Source: a virus. From it: a stretch of DNA of 64,000 bases. Location: the IMG/VR virus record IMGVR_UViG_3300026484_000110; one strand, given 5' to 3'. How positions within the stretch are numbered: the first letter of the stretch is position 1; each line of letters opens with the position of its first letter. The notes under the pieces were generated by a model. It was not told the DNA's origin. It saw only the letters and a program-made list of their open reading frames with translations, and did not search any database. A program made the position numbers and the translations under genes. Positions 49,790-58,489 of the stretch are shown piece by piece.

Positions 49790-50611
49790 ATGCCACAAAT
49801 CATGTTTAAAAAAGATCTAGATCAAGACGCTAGTATACTTGATTTATATAATACTAAAGTAGATTTAACTGCATTCAATGCAGCCATTAATGATATTAAT
49901 ACAAATATTACAAATTTACAAAGTAAGCATGAAAGCGATATTAATGACTTACAAACATATATAGATGATCAAGTACAGAGTCTTAAAGATAATGAGATTA
50001 AATCACTTCAAGATGCAATAACATTATTAAATGCTGACAGTAATACTGAAGGTTCTGTAGATTACAAAATTAAAACTGCTTTGGATGCATTAATTAATGG
50101 TGCTGGAGAAGCATACGATACGCTTAAAGAAATAGTAGATTATATTAACAGTGAAGCGAGTGATTTCCAAGGTCTAATTGATAACCTAAATGCAAAAATC
50201 GACGCAATAGTAGGTAATGCATCTGATGATTATAATACATTAGAAAAAATTGAACAGAGAATTAAAGAGGTAAAAGACCAAGTTGCAGATATGCAAGGCG
50301 ATACTAGTAATTCTTTAGCAGACGTACAAGCATCTATTCCACAATATAATTTTGAAAAAGACTTAGCTGTAGCTGAAGGTAATAAAATTACACTAGCTAA
50401 AGTACCAGCAAGTGGAATTGTATTTAACAGCGAAGCAAAAGTATACATTACTGATAATGATGGAAATATGATTATTACAGGTATCTTTACATGTGTAAAA
50501 GATCCAGATGACGACAGTGGTAAAGTATTTAAAATCGAATGTCCAGTTGAAATTAGCTCTGATAGTAAAGCAATGGTATCATACTTCTGGAGAGAAGCAG
50601 ATCAAGCTTAA
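49790..50611 (+). CDS. Coiled-coil fibre/whisker-like virion protein
   Basis: Heptads with LINGAGEAYDTLKEIVDYI and IVGNASDDYNTLEKIEQRI, the fibre-type xxDTLxEI repeat. Confidence 0.65.
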   Translation: MPQIMFKKDLDQDASILDLYNTKVDLTAFNAAINDINTNITNLQSKHESDINDLQTYIDDQVQSLKDNEIKSLQDAITLLNADSNTEGSVDYKIKTALDALINGAGEAYDTLKEIVDYINSEASDFQGLIDNLNAKIDAIVGNASDDYNTLEKIEQRIKEVKDQVADMQGDTSNSLADVQASIPQYNFEKDLAVAEGNKITLAKVPASGIVFNSEAKVYITDNDGNMIITGIFTCVKDPDDDSGKVFKIECPVEISSDSKAMVSYFWREADQA

Positions 50612-50622
50612 TCTAATTATTA

Positions 50623-50650
50623 ATACTAGAGTCCTTAAGGACTCTAGTAT
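50623..50650. terminator. Perfect 28-bp palindrome/hairpin
   Basis: atactagagtcctt|aaggactctagtat. Confidence 0.7.
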
Positions 50651-50705
50651 CTATTTATTTTTATCTTTATATTATTAAATAGAAAACCATATGAAGGAGT
50701 GAAAA

Positions 50706-51440
50706 ATGAATGTAATTAATAAATTAAGAAATGCTACTGAATTTCTATATCAATTAGAAGCTTTATTAAGAAAGGGCTATAAAAGAGATGCTATTGAAAT
50801 GTCTAGGGAATATTGCAGTAGTGAACATATAGATTGTAGACAATGCGACGTAGTGTTAAAAGATGTATTTCAAGACGAAAAAGATATTAGTGGATTTGAG
50901 GTAGACTATATTATTGGAGGTTGTTGTTATCATGTTTTACAATATTTAGCTGCTTGCGAAAAAAATTATTTAGATCAAATATTAGGATATAGTTGGTATC
51001 ATAATTTTAGAGTAGTTGATAAACTATTCGATTATGAAGAACTAAAAAATATGAAGCCATTTGGTCCTGGTGTCTTATTTAATACTAAATTTGGTCATAG
51101 TTTTATTATCTCTGTAGAGAAAAGAAATAAGTTGTTAAAAGAAATGAATGGATGGGTAGATTTAAATTATCTAAATGGTATATCTATTTCTATAGAATTA
51201 GTAAATGGTAATATTAATGACATATCGACAAGGTTAACATATCCAATTATGACTGATGAAGTTGTTGCTTGTAATGCGAGTGTATTTGGTTTTGCTGAAA
51301 TTCTTTTGTCAAAAGCTAAACATAGTCCTAACATTTTAACTAAAGGAGCAGTAGAACATGTTCTAAATGAATACATTAGTGAACTAATGTGGACTGGTTT
51401 AGGTACAAAAGTAATGAAAGGATTAAACGATGAGGATTGA
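50706..51440 (+). CDS. Early hypothetical protein (244 aa)
   Basis: tttatattatt motif at ~50666, AAGGAG RBS, CxxxxxxCxxC and GGCCYH clusters. Confidence 0.75.
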   Translation: MNVINKLRNATEFLYQLEALLRKGYKRDAIEMSREYCSSEHIDCRQCDVVLKDVFQDEKDISGFEVDYIIGGCCYHVLQYLAACEKNYLDQILGYSWYHNFRVVDKLFDYEELKNMKPFGPGVLFNTKFGHSFIISVEKRNKLLKEMNGWVDLNYLNGISISIELVNGNINDISTRLTYPIMTDEVVACNASVFGFAEILLSKAKHSPNILTKGAVEHVLNEYISELMWTGLGTKVMKGLNDED

Positions 51441-51921
51441 CGTAAGATTAACCAAAAGAAAGACCGAGTTATTAGAGCATACGTATTACGAGGTTGATAT
51501 ACGTATAAAAACGTTGTTTTACTGGAAAAAATTAGATGGTCCGAAAGAAACAATTCAACATTTATTAAAAAGGAATTATTCTAAAGAAGTAAATGCAAAA
51601 TCTTTGTTGTACAATACTAACGTTATGTCTAAGCTAATACATGAGATAGACAATGAAAATGAAATTGTACTAACAAATGAAGACATCCTTTATAGAGGTA
51701 GTTGGGTATTATATTCTAGAAAGAAAGGAAATTGTTATAGAGGGGAAGAATGTCTAACTGATAATATAAATGATTTTTCCGAAGAACAACTAGAAATGAT
51801 AGCCACTAAACTGTTTAGAAAATTCATAGCCTGTACTCTTGGTAATATACCTGTATGGCGGACAATTAGAGATAAAAACAATTATGAAAACGGTTATATT
51901 AAACACATGATATGTGAGTAA
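51430..51921 (+). CDS. Hypothetical protein (163 aa)
   Basis: Overlap-coupled operon member. Confidence 0.7.
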   Translation: MRIDVRLTKRKTELLEHTYYEVDIRIKTLFYWKKLDGPKETIQHLLKRNYSKEVNAKSLLYNTNVMSKLIHEIDNENEIVLTNEDILYRGSWVLYSRKKGNCYRGEECLTDNINDFSEEQLEMIATKLFRKFIACTLGNIPVWRTIRDKNNYENGYIKHMICE

Positions 51922-51940
51922 GATTATGAAAGGAATAATT

Positions 51941-52177
51941 ATGTTAGAGGTGATAAAGAAAGGTCTAGTTTTAGACAAAGAAGGTAATTTAATTTCACCA
52001 TACGTTAAATTAAACAAAAAGGAAAAAATACAAATGATTTGGTTTATGACAGTATATTTTCCTATGCACCAGCATATAAACGTATGGGCTAAATGGATAA
52101 ATATCTTTAATAAAGGAGTAAATAATGAAAAAGATTACATGCGAACTTTTACTGGAAGTTATAGAAGAATTAAATAA
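51941..52177 (+). CDS. Small hypothetical protein
   Basis: AAAGGA RBS before ATG 51941. Overlaps the next ORF, so boundaries are uncertain. Confidence 0.45.
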   Translation: MLEVIKKGLVLDKEGNLISPYVKLNKKEKIQMIWFMTVYFPMHQHINVWAKWINIFNKGVNNEKDYMRTFTGSYRRIK

Positions 52178-52352
52178 AGAAGTGGAAAAAGTAAATGTAT
52201 TGGACAAAGAGCGTAGAATTGAAGCATTGGAAAAATTCCGTGGAGTAGTAACTAACATAGCTTTAGTCGTAAAACATAATAAAGGAGCAAATAATGGACA
52301 AAATCAGACAAAAACTAATAGAAGAATTAATCAGTCTACAACAAGAATATAG
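52125..52352 (+). CDS. Small hypothetical protein
   Basis: AAAGGAG RBS, coiled N-terminus. Confidence 0.55.
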   Translation: MKKITCELLLEVIEELNKEVEKVNVLDKERRIEALEKFRGVVTNIALVVKHNKGANNGQNQTKTNRRINQSTTRI

Positions 52353-52494
52353 AGCAGAAACGGATCCTAAAAAGAAAGAAAAAATATGGAGAGAAATAAG
52401 AACGGTACAGACTTTGGGAATTAATTCTCTCTACGGAGCTTATAGTAATTCTGAGTCCAAATTGTTTAGTAATAAAACATTAGATAGGAGATGA
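52294..52494 (+). CDS. 66-aa protein resembling the PolB fingers helices and motif B
   Basis: AAAGGAG RBS, VQTLGINSLYGAYSN resembles KxxxNSxYG. Confidence 0.6.
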   Translation: MDKIRQKLIEELISLQQEYRAETDPKKKEKIWREIRTVQTLGINSLYGAYSNSESKLFSNKTLDRR

Positions 52495-52576
52495 TTATCT
52501 CCTATTAGTTTTTCTTTTTTGCCCTCTTTTGAACATTTCATGAATATTTAAAGCTATAAGGTAATAAGGAGATAAT

Positions 52577-53488
52577 ATGTTAGTTTTATTCACAACGCCA
52601 CCTGTTCTAAGTCCAGGTTGGACACATGATGCTACAGATTGGCAAGTAGCAGAGGATGAGGATTTTCAGAATATAGTTTTAGAATCTCTAGGTGATACAG
52701 AAAATAAATTAGTTAAAATATTTGACGATAAAGATCTGGATATAAATAAGGTTTATTATGCTAGGTCTAGAATTGTATTTAATAAAGGTTTAGCAGAATG
52801 GTCTAATGTTGAAGTAATAAAATTAAAAGATAGAAATACAATTAATGTTACAACAGATATACCTACATTAGTAGGTCTACCTGAAGTAAACATAAACTTT
52901 AATCCTAATAATGTACCTAGTACATTTTTTACTATCAATACTAGTAATTTTACATGTACTAGTAATGCTAAACATATGTCCACTAGTTATATAATTGAAG
53001 ATAGTGATGGTAGAGTAGTGTTTTCTGATTTAAATAACAGTACCAATTTAACCAGTTTATTTGTATCAAACATAGTATTAAAAGAAGGCGAAGTCTATAC
53101 TGTAAAAGTGACTCATGAATCTAGTAGTAACGATGTTTCACCTATAGGTATGTTTACATTTACAGTACCTAAAATAAACGAAATAGAGGTACTGTCTGAT
53201 ACTACTAATGTAGACGTTAGCAATGATGATTACATATTAAAATTAAAACCGATAGATGATGTAAAGAGTATTAATGTTAAATTATATTCAGTAGCAGAAA
53301 ATCAAGTTGATGAATTAACAAATAAGGATAGTGATGTCTTTACTATTACTTTAGAGAGAGATTTGTTTAAAGATATTACTAGGTTTTATATTATTTCTGT
53401 AACCTATACAATGGATAATGACCGTATTATTGGTCCTAAATACATACCGTTAACTACTTATCAAACTTTAGAACAAGAAACTAATTAG
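52577..53488 (+). CDS. Virion structural protein with tandem FN3/Ig-like modules
   Basis: HDATDWQVAEDEDF and HMSTSYIIED repeats, beta-rich, recalled phiKZ-like structural family. Confidence 0.6.
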   Translation: MLVLFTTPPVLSPGWTHDATDWQVAEDEDFQNIVLESLGDTENKLVKIFDDKDLDINKVYYARSRIVFNKGLAEWSNVEVIKLKDRNTINVTTDIPTLVGLPEVNINFNPNNVPSTFFTINTSNFTCTSNAKHMSTSYIIEDSDGRVVFSDLNNSTNLTSLFVSNIVLKEGEVYTVKVTHESSSNDVSPIGMFTFTVPKINEIEVLSDTTNVDVSNDDYILKLKPIDDVKSINVKLYSVAENQVDELTNKDSDVFTITLERDLFKDITRFYIISVTYTMDNDRIIGPKYIPLTTYQTLEQETN

Positions 53489-53498
53489 GATTAAAAAA

Positions 53499-54233
53499 AT
53501 GATTAAACTAGATGTATCAGAATTAAAAAGAGATCCTGAATATTTTAAACCTATCTTAAAACAAACTGGAGAAACAGTAATTACTAAAAAAGATTTAGTG
53601 GTATTGTTTCCTCAGAAGTTTGTGGATAAGGGATTATCGGAATTAGGAACTACATGTTATGTGATGGGTATAATGGCTCTTGTAGACTTAGAAGCTAAAC
53701 GCTATACTGTAATTAAAGTACCTGGGAGAATTCAAATGCAACCTGCTGAAATAGATACCGCGGTTATAAACGATACCGAATATGTGCTTTTAGAATTTAT
53801 GGAAGATACCGATATAATATCTAATAATAACATAGTAAAAGAAGCAGGTTATATGTTTGATATTTTTGATTTATTATTAATTAAATCGAAAATACCTTGG
53901 TATCTTAATTATAAAGACGTAGTGGAAGTATTTGATAAGATTAATAAATATACAGGTAGTAAGGCAGCAGATAATAGAGCAGTTATTGAGCTTTTAACAT
54001 CCATAGTAGCCAGAATAAAAAAGAATAAAAAAATACAATATCGTAATTATGTAAATGAAATAGGTAAAGAAAACGAAAAAGAATTAGAATGGGTAGGGTT
54101 AGAAAATATTTTTTATAGTTTTAATTCTACCGTATCCAAGATAGCTGGTAGTTATATGGAGTTAGGATTGGTATCAGCTATTATTAATCCAGAAAAAGAA
54201 ATTTCGGATTTAGAACACGTCTTAAGGGAATAA
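53499..54233 (+). CDS. Head-associated structural protein (phiKZ gp174-like)
   Basis: VVLFPQKF, KIPWYLNY, SKIAGSY motifs, position just upstream of the protease. Confidence 0.55.
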   Translation: MIKLDVSELKRDPEYFKPILKQTGETVITKKDLVVLFPQKFVDKGLSELGTTCYVMGIMALVDLEAKRYTVIKVPGRIQMQPAEIDTAVINDTEYVLLEFMEDTDIISNNNIVKEAGYMFDIFDLLLIKSKIPWYLNYKDVVEVFDKINKYTGSKAADNRAVIELLTSIVARIKKNKKIQYRNYVNEIGKENEKELEWVGLENIFYSFNSTVSKIAGSYMELGLVSAIINPEKEISDLEHVLRE

Positions 54234-54234
54234 T

Positions 54235-54324
54235 ATGGGTGAAAAAATAAAAATAGATCCTTTATTAATTATTATATTTATTTCAGTATTTATAGTAATG
54301 ATAGCAGTTTATCGGTATATTTAA
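54235..54324 (+). CDS. 29-aa single-TM small protein
   Basis: MGEKIKIDPLLIIIFISVFIVMIAVYRYI, AAGGG RBS, followed by hairpin 54325-54349. Confidence 0.5.
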   Translation: MGEKIKIDPLLIIIFISVFIVMIAVYRYI

Positions 54325-54391
54325 ATAGACAGTAGTATAAACTACTGTCTATAGAGTAATTTCTCTGAGAGTATTTTTCTAAGGAGTAAAT

Positions 54392-55141
54392 ATGAATAAA
54401 ATGGTATTAGCTAGTAAAAAAGAAAAAAAGAATTTTAAAAATACAGTAATAAAAGATGAAAACGGATATTATAAAGTAACTTTTGGAGCATTTAATACGT
54501 TTAATAAATCAGGAATTTATTATAATGTGCCTGATATAAATGCTATTTTAGGACCAGGTAGTTTAGTAGCCAAAAGAATAAACGAAGGTATTTTAATAGC
54601 TGAAAAGGATCACCCTGATGTAGAGGGGTTTATTAGAAATGACGATATAAATGGACTTACAAAACGTACTATTAGATTAGACCCGGATAATAAATGCGCA
54701 CATATTAAGAAAATAGAAATAGAGAATACGGGTAGAGTAGAACCAGGATTTAAAAATCCTATTTATAAAATATATGGTTGGGTAAAACCAGAAGGACCTA
54801 AAAAAGCAGTATTGGAAGAAGCATTAGAAAATCCTGATGAGAATGTCTATTTTTCTGTAAGGTCATTGGTAAAACAAAAAACAGTAGGAAATTTAGTAAT
54901 TAGAGATGTATTGTTAGTATCTACGTGGGACTATGTATATGACGGCGGTGTGCATATGGCAAACCAATGGAATGCAGCTGGATTAGAATCCACAATGGAT
55001 GTAGTCCTATCTGATAATGATTTAAAAAATATAATTGTAGGTTATGAAGGCGGTTGTAAAGATGGTAAGTGCGTGATAGAGACTCTAGAGAGTGTATTAG
55101 CAAAAGATAAAGATGTAGTAGATATAATTATGAATTGGTAA
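54392..55141 (+). CDS. Prohead (head maturation) serine protease (phiKZ gp175/T4 gp21-like)
   Basis: AEKDHP (catalytic His), YFSVRSL (catalytic Ser), TWDYV, C-terminal AGLE/VGYE self-cleavage-type sites. Confidence 0.85.
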   Translation: MNKMVLASKKEKKNFKNTVIKDENGYYKVTFGAFNTFNKSGIYYNVPDINAILGPGSLVAKRINEGILIAEKDHPDVEGFIRNDDINGLTKRTIRLDPDNKCAHIKKIEIENTGRVEPGFKNPIYKIYGWVKPEGPKKAVLEEALENPDENVYFSVRSLVKQKTVGNLVIRDVLLVSTWDYVYDGGVHMANQWNAAGLESTMDVVLSDNDLKNIIVGYEGGCKDGKCVIETLESVLAKDKDVVDIIMNW

Positions 55142-55178
55142 TAGGAGTATTTACTCCTATTACTGATGTTTAAAAAAT

Positions 55179-55195
55179 TTCATTTATATATTACT
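55179..55195 (+). promoter_or_regulatory. Early promoter, exact TATATTAC
   Basis: ttcatttatatattact directly after hairpin 55139-55162. Confidence 0.8.
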
Positions 55196-55230
55196 AAGAT
55201 AGAAAACAAAACAAATAAAAGGAGTTTATT

Positions 55231-56271
55231 ATGTTAGTTTACGATACAATACCAGATTTAAATTCAGATTGGACAGGACAAAGACATAACTCTGTTCATC
55301 ATGCCGTATTAAAACTAGAAGAAATCATTTTTGATATAAGTGTATGTAAGGATGTGAAAGAGTTGTTTTTACATATAGAACTTAAAACAGGTGACTTGGT
55401 TAAATATGTGAAATCTTATGCATTAAATTCTTATAAGGTTTCATCAAGAAGCGGAAATTGTGTTTTTACGAATTTGGATCTACATGAATGGTTAGATAAT
55501 GTAAAGACTATTAATGATGATCTTAACAGGTTTGAAACTGATACACCTTATGGCAAATATATGGAAAGATTAGTAAAGTCTAACCATACTATACTTATAC
55601 CAGCTGCGAACTATAAACTTCTATTCGATAGGAGTACTTCGGCTACTGTTGAAACAATAAAGACCTTTTTAAAAGAATTTCCAGGCATTAAAACTACTTT
55701 TATCTCCTATGATAAAGAATTTCCTTCTGAAATCCTTTCAAAATCAGACGACGAGATCTACAAGTTTTTTCTGATAAGGGAAAGGGAACATCTTAAAGAG
55801 GATTTATATAAAGACTTAAATCAACTTTATAAAGAACTAAAGAAAGTAAATGAAGAAATTAAAACTGATGAAAGTTGTAAAAGTTTAAATGTTCGTTTAC
55901 TGACAAAAGCTAGAGAAGTAAAAGATGTTAAATTTAAATATCCGTATCTAAAAAGTTTTGGAGAATATTTAAAATTTGTAAAAAATAAAAAACACACTTT
56001 AAAGTGTGAACCTGAAAAGATCGAAAATTATTTAAAGAGGTATAAAAGATTATTAGAGTTAAAAGAAGACAGAGGCTATGCTTTAGATTATCTTGTTTGC
56101 AAAAGAGTTGAGATGCTTTATCGTGGACTACCTAGAGGATTACTTTTAGATACCAAATCTAGAAGTTTATTAAGAGAAAGGTCGCGTATTAGAAATCGTA
56201 TAGCTGAAATTAAAGAAATGATTTCAGCCATTAACGTAGAAATAGAAAACATGAATTCCGAGAACAATTAA
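55231..56271 (+). CDS. Early accessory hypothetical protein (346 aa, coiled C-terminus)
   Basis: Own promoter, RBS and downstream hairpin 56255-56281. Confidence 0.8.
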   Translation: MLVYDTIPDLNSDWTGQRHNSVHHAVLKLEEIIFDISVCKDVKELFLHIELKTGDLVKYVKSYALNSYKVSSRSGNCVFTNLDLHEWLDNVKTINDDLNRFETDTPYGKYMERLVKSNHTILIPAANYKLLFDRSTSATVETIKTFLKEFPGIKTTFISYDKEFPSEILSKSDDEIYKFFLIREREHLKEDLYKDLNQLYKELKKVNEEIKTDESCKSLNVRLLTKAREVKDVKFKYPYLKSFGEYLKFVKNKKHTLKCEPEKIENYLKRYKRLLELKEDRGYALDYLVCKRVEMLYRGLPRGLLLDTKSRSLLRERSRIRNRIAEIKEMISAINVEIENMNSENN

Positions 56272-56312
56272 TTCTCGGAATCTTCTTTTACGATTTGCAT
56301 ATTTATTTTTTT

Positions 56313-57803
56313 TTAAAATCCAAAATCTTCATCTACGTTTTCATTTACACAATTTGTAATACAATTACCATCTTCATCTTTTCTATCTTCAGGAATAGGT
56401 GCTCCTTTAGGAAATTCTAACATCGTATATAGTTTCTCTTCATCTATTACAGTAGGTATTCTATGTTTACCTCTTTGTACTGTTAAATAAGGTTTTCTAT
56501 TCTTATAAGCTTTAGCTAAAAAAATTTCTAAATCTACCTCTTGATCTAATTGTCCGCTATGCGCGTAATAACCCTTACCAGGTAAATGTTTTACAAATTC
56601 AATAGCAGGTATACCATTTCTAATTAATCTCTTGGCTTCAGTAGACAACTGATGTGGTGTCACAAATAGAATATTTCTTCTACTCATTTCGTTTCTCATT
56701 CTTTTATATAAGTCTTTATATTCCACACCTGCTGGACCGTTTTTCGTACATCCTTCCGTAGAAATTTGACTTAAGTAATCTGCAAATACTGCATGTATTT
56801 CAAATCCTTTTTTACCATATTCATCAATAATTTTTACAATTTTTTTATAAGTAGTCTGTGACGGATCCATTCTGATTACTTTAATATTATACTTAATATC
56901 CTCTTTTAGATATTTCCTTAAATAGTCCACCATTTCTTGTTTATCTATATTAGCTTTTTCCGGATTAATTGCTATACCTTCGTTTAAATATTTTAAATAT
57001 GCATAAAAAAATAACATTACCACGGATAATTCTTCTTCAAAACTAAAAAACAGCATCAATGGTTTTTTATTTTTATCATTCATAACAGGATCGTTTAATC
57101 TGGCTAATTGTAAAAATAAAGATTTTACAAATCCTGATTTATAGTTATGAGGTAAAGCTGAAATCATAACAAACTCGCCTCTACGTAAACCTCCTTGTAA
57201 CATCTCATTAATGCATTTCCAACCAGTTTTTAATACTGTACTAGTATTTAACAGATTGCTACTGGATTCTACTGCTTTAACTATATCATCTTCACTATCA
57301 AAATCTACTTCATTAATTATAGCCTCATCTTTTATATCTACAAATTCAATCACATCTTGTAATTCATTTATTACTTCATTAGCTAGTTTATAAATATTCA
57401 CATTCTTTCTATTTAATCTTTTTTCAGCTACTGAAATAATATTTTTTAATTTTAAAAAGTTTATAAAATTACCTATTTCTTTTTTTCTATTATAAATAGC
57501 TTTTGCATCTACTTCTTCTGTTAAATCTTTTAAAACTAAAGTTGATAAAGCAGGTCTATCTATTAAAATACTACCTAAACTACTAGCTAGTGAGTTTATA
57601 TCATTTATACCATTTTCTATAATATCGTTTAAAACATTTAAAAGACTATTAAGTAATTCCGCTTCACCATTAAAATGTTTATCTTTTTGTTTTAAAACAT
57701 GATCCCTGATAATTATAGCTAATTCTATAGATTCTATAGCACCATGCTTATATTCTGATGCTAATAATAGTATCGTTTTAACTAGAGCTTCTATTGCATT
57801 CAT
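56313..57803 (-). CDS. dnaB: Replicative DnaB-like helicase (phiKZ gp118-like)
   Basis: LKTGWKCINEMLQGGLRRGE, ALPHNYKS (Walker A variant), FSFEEE, FADYL, TPHQLS, QEVDLEI, QRGKHR. Confidence 0.9.
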   Translation of the reverse strand: MNAIEALVKTILLLASEYKHGAIESIELAIIIRDHVLKQKDKHFNGEAELLNSLLNVLNDIIENGINDINSLASSLGSILIDRPALSTLVLKDLTEEVDAKAIYNRKKEIGNFINFLKLKNIISVAEKRLNRKNVNIYKLANEVINELQDVIEFVDIKDEAIINEVDFDSEDDIVKAVESSSNLLNTSTVLKTGWKCINEMLQGGLRRGEFVMISALPHNYKSGFVKSLFLQLARLNDPVMNDKNKKPLMLFFSFEEELSVVMLFFYAYLKYLNEGIAINPEKANIDKQEMVDYLRKYLKEDIKYNIKVIRMDPSQTTYKKIVKIIDEYGKKGFEIHAVFADYLSQISTEGCTKNGPAGVEYKDLYKRMRNEMSRRNILFVTPHQLSTEAKRLIRNGIPAIEFVKHLPGKGYYAHSGQLDQEVDLEIFLAKAYKNRKPYLTVQRGKHRIPTVIDEEKLYTMLEFPKGAPIPEDRKDEDGNCITNCVNENVDEDFGF

Positions 57804-57873
57804 TAAGGATTCCTTTCATTTGTTTTTTCTTGAAATTTCAAGGTATCCAATCTTGATAAAAAAGGAATGAAAA

Positions 57874-58428
57874 ATGTATAAGAGTAAGTTTAACGGTATT
57901 AATAAGAAAAGTGTTCCTATTGGAGTAGTGACAGAAGATCTTTTAAATAATGAGAGTTTTATAAAACACTTAAAAGGTTATTATGAATCTGAGTTAAGAA
58001 AAAACGTAGAAGAAAGAGAATACCATCTTACGATGGTTAAAGAATCTGTAGACCGTTACAATTTAGGTATGTTCCTATTGTTAAATAGAAAAATATTCAA
58101 TTCGGGATTAAGAAATCTAGTAATAGCTAATTTATCTGGCTATTATACATTACTAGATGGTTTAATTACTATTGATGATATAAAAATAGATGAAAAAACT
58201 ACTGATGGTATGAATAATACTGTAAAGTTTGAAATAGTAGAAAAAGATGGTTACATGTTTATCGTAATTAAAAATACTAATGTTATAGAAAATTTACTAA
58301 CTAATGAAAAACTATTTGAGATGTTCATACTGGATGTGAGTAACGAGTTAATTAAGAAAAATGATGAAAATGTAGCATATAAGCTACTATTAATGAGAAA
58401 CATTAAACGTTTAATGTTTAAAGAATAA
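57874..58428 (+). CDS. Conserved protein upstream of the major capsid gene (phiKZ gp119-like)
   Basis: Position between DnaB and MCP. Confidence 0.55.
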   Translation: MYKSKFNGINKKSVPIGVVTEDLLNNESFIKHLKGYYESELRKNVEEREYHLTMVKESVDRYNLGMFLLLNRKIFNSGLRNLVIANLSGYYTLLDGLITIDDIKIDEKTTDGMNNTVKFEIVEKDGYMFIVIKNTNVIENLLTNEKLFEMFILDVSNELIKKNDENVAYKLLLMRNIKRLMFKE

Positions 58429-58489
58429 CAGTATAGAATTATATATACTGTAAATGATATGATATAAATTTAGAATTGAAGGAGAAACA

